Assembly: GCA_963710285.1 (NCBI GenBank)
Contig: CAVPZT010000006.1
Span: 1,080,838-1,144,837 of the forward strand
DNA: 64,000 bases
Source of the DNA: an uncultured Alphaproteobacteria bacterium
GTDB taxonomy: Bacteria; Pseudomonadota; Alphaproteobacteria; Rhodobacterales; Rhodobacteraceae
Direction: 5' to 3'
Numbering within the stretch: the stretch's first letter is position 1; each line of letters starts with the position of its first letter. A model generated the notes under the pieces. The model worked only from the letters and a program-made list of their open reading frames with translations, was not told where the DNA came from and made no database searches. Shown one piece after another: positions 60,035 through 64,000 of the stretch. The position numbers were made by a program, and so were the translations under genes.

Positions 60035-60835
60035 TCACAGCCGCCGCGCGGCAAGCCATGCGGCCCAGCTTTCGGCCGATCCGGCGAAGGCATTGGCATC
60101 GACCTGCCCCTGAACGCCCGGAATCGTCGCGGTGCCGCTATACTGCCAGAAGGTCCAGTCATGGCCCGGATATCGTTCGGCCGGATGCGCAGCGACCGAA
60201 CGCAGCCAGAAATCCGTGCCGGATACACGCCAGAGTTCATTGTCGCGGAAGAAATCGACCGTCGTGTAGAGGATCGGCTGGGTGCCGTAATGCGAGGCGA
60301 ACATTCCGATGATCTTGCGCGCATCGGCGCGGATTTCAGAGGCCGGGCGGCGCGTGGTGCAGGTCGGCGAGAAGGGCGTCCATTCCATGTCGAGCACCGG
60401 CGGCAACATGCCCTTTTCCTTCGGCACGTGGCGAAAGAACCAGCGCGCCTGTTCGGCGGCGGAACGGCAGTGGTAGTAGAAATGATAGGCGCCGCGTGGG
60501 ATGCCGGCGCGGCGGGCGTTGCGCCAGTGATCCTTGAACATCGGATCGACGAGGTCGCCGCCTTCGGTCGCCTTGATGAAAGCGAAGCTCACACCATTCG
60601 CGCGGACAGTCGGCCAATCGATCGTGGTCTGGAAGCGGGCGACGTCGATGCCGTGGACTGGGTAGCGGCGCGGGTCGCTGCCATTGAAATCCGCCGGATC
60701 ATCATCAGAGAATCGTACCGGCGCCGGGGCGGCGAGCGACACCGGCGCATCGCTCAGTTTCGCGACGGTTTCGCGACGGCCGCAAGCGGTCAGAGCCAGC
60801 AGGGCTGCGAAAGACAGAAGAAGGACATGGCGCAT
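60035..60835 (-). CDS. glycoside hydrolase family 25 lysozyme/muramidase, lipoprotein
   Basis: Lipobox LLALTAC. GH25 signatures are present: HGIDVARFQTTIDW..VSFAFIKATEG..DP.F..GAYHFY..LPPVLDME. Confidence 0.88.
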   Translation of the reverse strand: MRHVLLLSFAALLALTACGRRETVAKLSDAPVSLAAPAPVRFSDDDPADFNGSDPRRYPVHGIDVARFQTTIDWPTVRANGVSFAFIKATEGGDLVDPMFKDHWRNARRAGIPRGAYHFYYHCRSAAEQARWFFRHVPKEKGMLPPVLDMEWTPFSPTCTTRRPASEIRADARKIIGMFASHYGTQPILYTTVDFFRDNELWRVSGTDFWLRSVAAHPAERYPGHDWTFWQYSGTATIPGVQGQVDANAFAGSAESWAAWLAARRL

Positions 60836-60947
60836 CAGATGGATCCCCGGTCGAGTGACCTTTCGCCCATGATGCCTTATGTGCCGTGCCGGGCAAGTCT
60901 TTCCTCACCGGATCGCAGCCTACCCTAAGCGATTGACCGCTGGTGCC

Positions 60948-61286
60948 CTAGCTTCCGGCAAGTTCATCCCAGCAGGCGAGCGCATGGCCCGCGTACATGA
61001 GCGCGGGCCCGCCACCCATCTGAATCGCCATCGCAAGCACGTCGCCGAGTTCCTCGCGCGTGGCACCAGCCTTCATCAGCGCCTCGACGTGGAAATTGAC
61101 GCAAGGGGTGCAGTGCTGCGCGACCGCGATACCAAGGGCGACATATTCCTTTTCCTTCACACCCAGAACGCCGCCATCCTTGACGGCCTTCGACAGGGTC
61201 GCAAAGCCCCCGGTCGCGCCGGGAATTGTCTTGTAGAGCGTGCGCAATTCGTCACGCATCTCGGCGATTTCGGATTTGTAGCTCAT
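60948..61286 (-). CDS. carboxymuconolactone decarboxylase (AhpD-like) family protein
   Basis: Intact 112-aa ORF with a CxxC motif in the family context (AVAQHCTPCVNFHVEA). Confidence 0.85.
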   Translation of the reverse strand: MSYKSEIAEMRDELRTLYKTIPGATGGFATLSKAVKDGGVLGVKEKEYVALGIAVAQHCTPCVNFHVEALMKAGATREELGDVLAMAIQMGGGPALMYAGHALACWDELAGS

Positions 61287-61382
61287 CCTTGGCTCCGCGA
61301 ATGGTTTGAAGCCGTTCTGTCATGGGTCGGGCAGCGGAGCTTTGACCTGCGTCAATCCGCAGGGGTTCGAGTTCTGGACGGC

Positions 61383-62043
61383 TCAGCCTGCCGTCCGGAA
61401 CACAAATGCCAGATTGTTCGCAGGCATCTTCGCGACCTGCCGGACGCCCAGCCCATGCTCCGCCGCGCGGGTACGGACCCAGACATCGTCCTTGTAGCCG
61501 ATCTCGGGATCTTGTGTCTGAAGATGTGCGTGGAAGGCCTCATCGCCGGCGCTGGTCAGCGCGCCCGCCCGCCGGAACGGACCGTAGAGCACAAAGGTGC
61601 CGCCTGGCTTCAGGGCCGTGGAAACGCCGCGCAGCAGATTTTCCGCCTCCGGCTCGGAGATGAGGTGCAGAAGGTTGATGAGAACGATCAGGTTGAAATG
61701 GCCGCATCTGACTCGGCCAGGGCAGCGCCGTGGCATCGAAATGCAGGGGCCGCTGAAGGTTGGCAGAGGCAGAGTGACGGCGCCAGGCCTCGATACTCTC
61801 GATGCGGCAGGCGTCGGCATCCGACGGGACCCATTCCACGTCCTTCATTCCAGCCGCGAAGTGGACGATGTGCTGACCCGTTCCGCTGGCGAGTTCCAGC
61901 GCCCGCCCACGCTTCGGCGCGTTACGCTCCAGAACGTCGAGGATGGCGTCAATATTTCTTTCGGCCGAGGCCGCGCTCAGTCGCCCGTCGGGATGATGGG
62001 TCAGCTGGCCATCGGGAAGTCTAAGGCTGCGCAACACGCTCAA
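61383..62043 (-). pseudogene. DUF938-family (class I SAM-methyltransferase-like) protein, one frameshift near 61700
   Basis: ORF 61540..62043 (..RNIDAILDVLERNAP..ALELASGTGQH..) joins ORF 61383..61820 (..INLLHLISEPEAENLLRGVSTALKPGGTFVLYGPF..). Confidence 0.75.
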
Positions 62044-63152
62044 GAATACCTCTCAACAGAAAGTGCACGCACGACATCGGGACCAATCCCGGGCTGTCGG
62101 CCCGCGATCAGATCGGCGATGAACGCGGCCGCTGCGGGCGCGGATTGAAAGCCATAGCCACCCTGCCCGGCGCACCAGACGAAATTCGGCTCGGATGGGT
62201 CTCGTCCGATGACCGGACTGCGGTCGGGCGAAAACGTCCTGAGCCCGGCCCATGAGGCGAGCAGTCGCTCCACCGGCGCGTCCACCATCGCCTCATACCG
62301 CGCGAGGCCTTCGGCCAGCACCATATCATCGGCCCAGGCGTCGTGGGGTTCCGCTGGATGCTCTTCGGCGGGTGAGACGATCAGCGCGCCCGCGTCGGGT
62401 TTGGCATACCAGCTTTCGCCTGCTCCGAACATCATTGGCCAGGATGAGACGTCGTGCCCTCCGGGCGCCGGTATCCGCGCCATCGAGCGGCGGAGCGGTG
62501 TGAAACCCAAGGGGCGGATGCCCGCCATCCGCGCGATCTCGTCGACCCAGGCCCCTGCGGCGTTGACCAGAATACGGGCCGAATACTGACCCTTCGGCGT
62601 GGACACGACCCAGACATCCCCCTCGCGATGGATGTCCTCGACTCTCGCCCCGGTGACGATCTGCGCCCCCGCCTTCCGCGCCGTGCGGGCATAGGCCTGA
62701 ATCAGACGATCGGTGTCGATATCCCAGGCGCGGCTCGCAAAGGCGGCATGACCGACGGCGCGTTCCGACAGGATCGGCACCATCTGCCGCGCCTCGACGG
62801 CGCTGATTTCATCAAGCTCCAGCGCCCGGCGATCCGCATCGAAGGTCATCCGATCGGGTCCAGCCACCAGCAGCAGGCCGCGCGGCGTCAGAACGCCACC
62901 GTCGATGCTGTTCAGGGCCTCACCGCTCGCGTCCGACAGCGCCACGACCGCAGGCGGGCCATAGCGCGGCTCATAGAGTGCCGCCGATCGGCCGGAAGCG
63001 TGATACGCAAGGTGATCCTCTGCTTCGAGTACGGTAAGGGAACCAAGCTGCGCCAAATGCGCGGCAGCCGAAATGCCGGCTATTCCCCCACCAACAATCA
63101 ATAAATCACTTCGCATGGTATTGGAAATTACACTCGGCCTTTGTATCTGCAA
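62040..63152 (-). CDS. FAD-dependent oxidoreductase (DAO family)
   Basis: Intact 370-aa ORF with the N-terminal motif DLLIVGGGIAGISAAAHL. It overlaps the downstream gene by 4 nt. Confidence 0.8.
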   Translation of the reverse strand: MQIQRPSVISNTMRSDLLIVGGGIAGISAAAHLAQLGSLTVLEAEDHLAYHASGRSAALYEPRYGPPAVVALSDASGEALNSIDGGVLTPRGLLLVAGPDRMTFDADRRALELDEISAVEARQMVPILSERAVGHAAFASRAWDIDTDRLIQAYARTARKAGAQIVTGARVEDIHREGDVWVVSTPKGQYSARILVNAAGAWVDEIARMAGIRPLGFTPLRRSMARIPAPGGHDVSSWPMMFGAGESWYAKPDAGALIVSPAEEHPAEPHDAWADDMVLAEGLARYEAMVDAPVERLLASWAGLRTFSPDRSPVIGRDPSEPNFVWCAGQGGYGFQSAPAAAAFIADLIAGRQPGIGPDVVRALSVERYS

Positions 63153-63166
63153 GCGGGCATAGTGCC

Positions 63167-64000
63167 TTACGTCACGTCAATCAATCCGCGACCTCTCAGC
63201 AGCGGTTCAACCCCCGGCATACGCCCACGGAATTCCCGATAAAGCACATCGGCCTCGCGCGAGCCCCCTGCCGAAAGGATGGCGGCCTCAAGCCGCCGCG
63301 CGATGTCGGAATCGAATGCGTCTCCGGCCTCGCGGAAGGCGTCGAAGGCGTCGGCATCCATCACCTCGGACCACATGTAGCTGTAGTAGCCCGCCGAATA
63401 ACCGTCGCCGGAAAAGACATGGGCGAAATGCGGTGTGGCATGACGCATCCCGATGGCGGCGGGCATGCCGATCGCCTCCAGAATCTCCGCCTGAACCGCG
63501 ATCGGATCGGCGGGGGCCTTGCCTTCGTGGAAGGCGAGATCGACGAGCGCCGACGCGATGTATTCGACCGTCGAGAAGCCCTGATCGTAGGTGGATGCCG
63601 CGATCAGCCGGTCGCGCAGTTCGGCCGGCATGGAGGCGCCGGTCTTCACATGGCGGGCGTGGCGGTCGAGCACCTCGGGCACTTCCAGCCAGTGTTCATA
63701 AAGCTGGCTCGGCAGTTCGACGAAATCGCGCGCAACCGAGGTGCCTGCGATGAAGCCGTAGGTCACGTCCGACAGCATCGCGTGCAGCGCGTGGCCGAAT
63801 TCGTGGAAAAGCGTCCGGGCGTCATCCCAGGACAGAAGCGCAGGCTCTCCCTTCGCGGGCTTGGCGAAGTTGCAGACATTGACGACGATGGGACGCTGCT
63901 CACCGCCGAGCTTGCGCTGGCCGCGGAACGACGAACACCACGCCCCGGACCGCTTCGAGCCGCGCGCGAAATAGTCGCCGATGAAGACGGCCATGTGCCG
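63167..64000 (-). CDS. dcp: M3-family peptidyl-dipeptidase (Dcp-like), C-terminal part; gene continues beyond the window end
   Basis: HEFGHALH zinc motif, with ..YSYMWSEVMDADAF.. and a C-terminal ..LLRGRGL.. typical of Dcp/oligopeptidase A. The ORF stays open to the window edge. Confidence 0.85.
   Translation of the reverse strand, partial: RHMAVFIGDYFARGSKRSGAWCSSFRGQRKLGGEQRPIVVNVCNFAKPAKGEPALLSWDDARTLFHEFGHALHAMLSDVTYGFIAGTSVARDFVELPSQLYEHWLEVPEVLDRHARHVKTGASMPAELRDRLIAASTYDQGFSTVEYIASALVDLAFHEGKAPADPIAVQAEILEAIGMPAAIGMRHATPHFAHVFSGDGYSAGYYSYMWSEVMDADAFDAFREAGDAFDSDIARRLEAAILSAGGSREADVLYREFRGRMPGVEPLLRGRGLIDVT

Noticed and set aside
61308-61385. tRNA-like fold: a 7-bp acceptor-type pairing (AGCCGTT/GACGGCT) 74 nt apart, a CTTTGAC loop (anticodon UUG) and GGTTCGAG resembling a T-loop.
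   Set aside because: No credible D-arm is present. The T-stem needs G-T pairs and lacks the conserved C61, the anticodon stem has a mismatch, and position 8 is C. The region is better explained as the short intergenic hairpin (GACGGC-tcagcct-GCCGTC) at the end of the DUF938 gene.
1-64000. Scanned intergenic regions for CRISPR arrays, rRNA, tRNA, integrase/resolvase genes, toxin-antitoxin pairs and known defence genes.
   Set aside because: I found no spaced direct-repeat arrays, no rRNA/tRNA signatures beyond the rejected fold above, and no recombinase or defence-family motifs in any intact or pieced-together frame.

Overview
This is a 64-kb, high-GC (about 65% by eye) alphaproteobacterial chromosome segment. 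Gene content, and an Sqr protein I recognise as very close to Rhodobacter capsulatus Sqr, suggest Rhodobacteraceae.

Core genes, in order: a rhamnose-type catabolic fragment (aldolase/SDR N-terminus, DeoR regulator, FGGY kinase), nrdJ, hisS-hisZ-hisG, slyX, dnaE, and xdhABC followed by a BMP-family ABC transporter. Then come sqr, a CDF exporter and assorted oxidoreductase, hydrolase and membrane genes, ending in a partial dcp.

The outstanding feature is an 18,896-bp Tn5053/Tn7-like transposon (2470..21365) inserted between the convergent kinase and nrdJ genes. It has imperfect terminal inverted repeats, subterminal repeats and a perfect 5-bp target duplication (GTTGA). Its tni genes are split: tniA lies at the nrdJ-proximal end and tniB-tniQ at the other end, separated by 12,970 bp of cargo. 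The cargo holds a MarR regulator, secreted YHYH and DUF1566-type proteins, a NOX-like ferric-reductase/FNR fusion, a ferredoxin + b-type membrane anchor + Tat-flavoprotein trio, and two tandem paralogous secreted proteins. I saw no tnsA, resolvase or integrase, and no CRISPR array, tRNA or rRNA.

A second global property is that many genes are broken by frameshifts, and the breaks are strongly clustered (cargo 7.1-12.5 kb, hisG/Z/S, xdh-ABC 36-45.5 kb). Essential genes are affected, so sequencing or assembly indels are at least partly responsible. Such genes are labelled pseudogene 'as given'.

All homology statements come from reading the translations; no searches were run.
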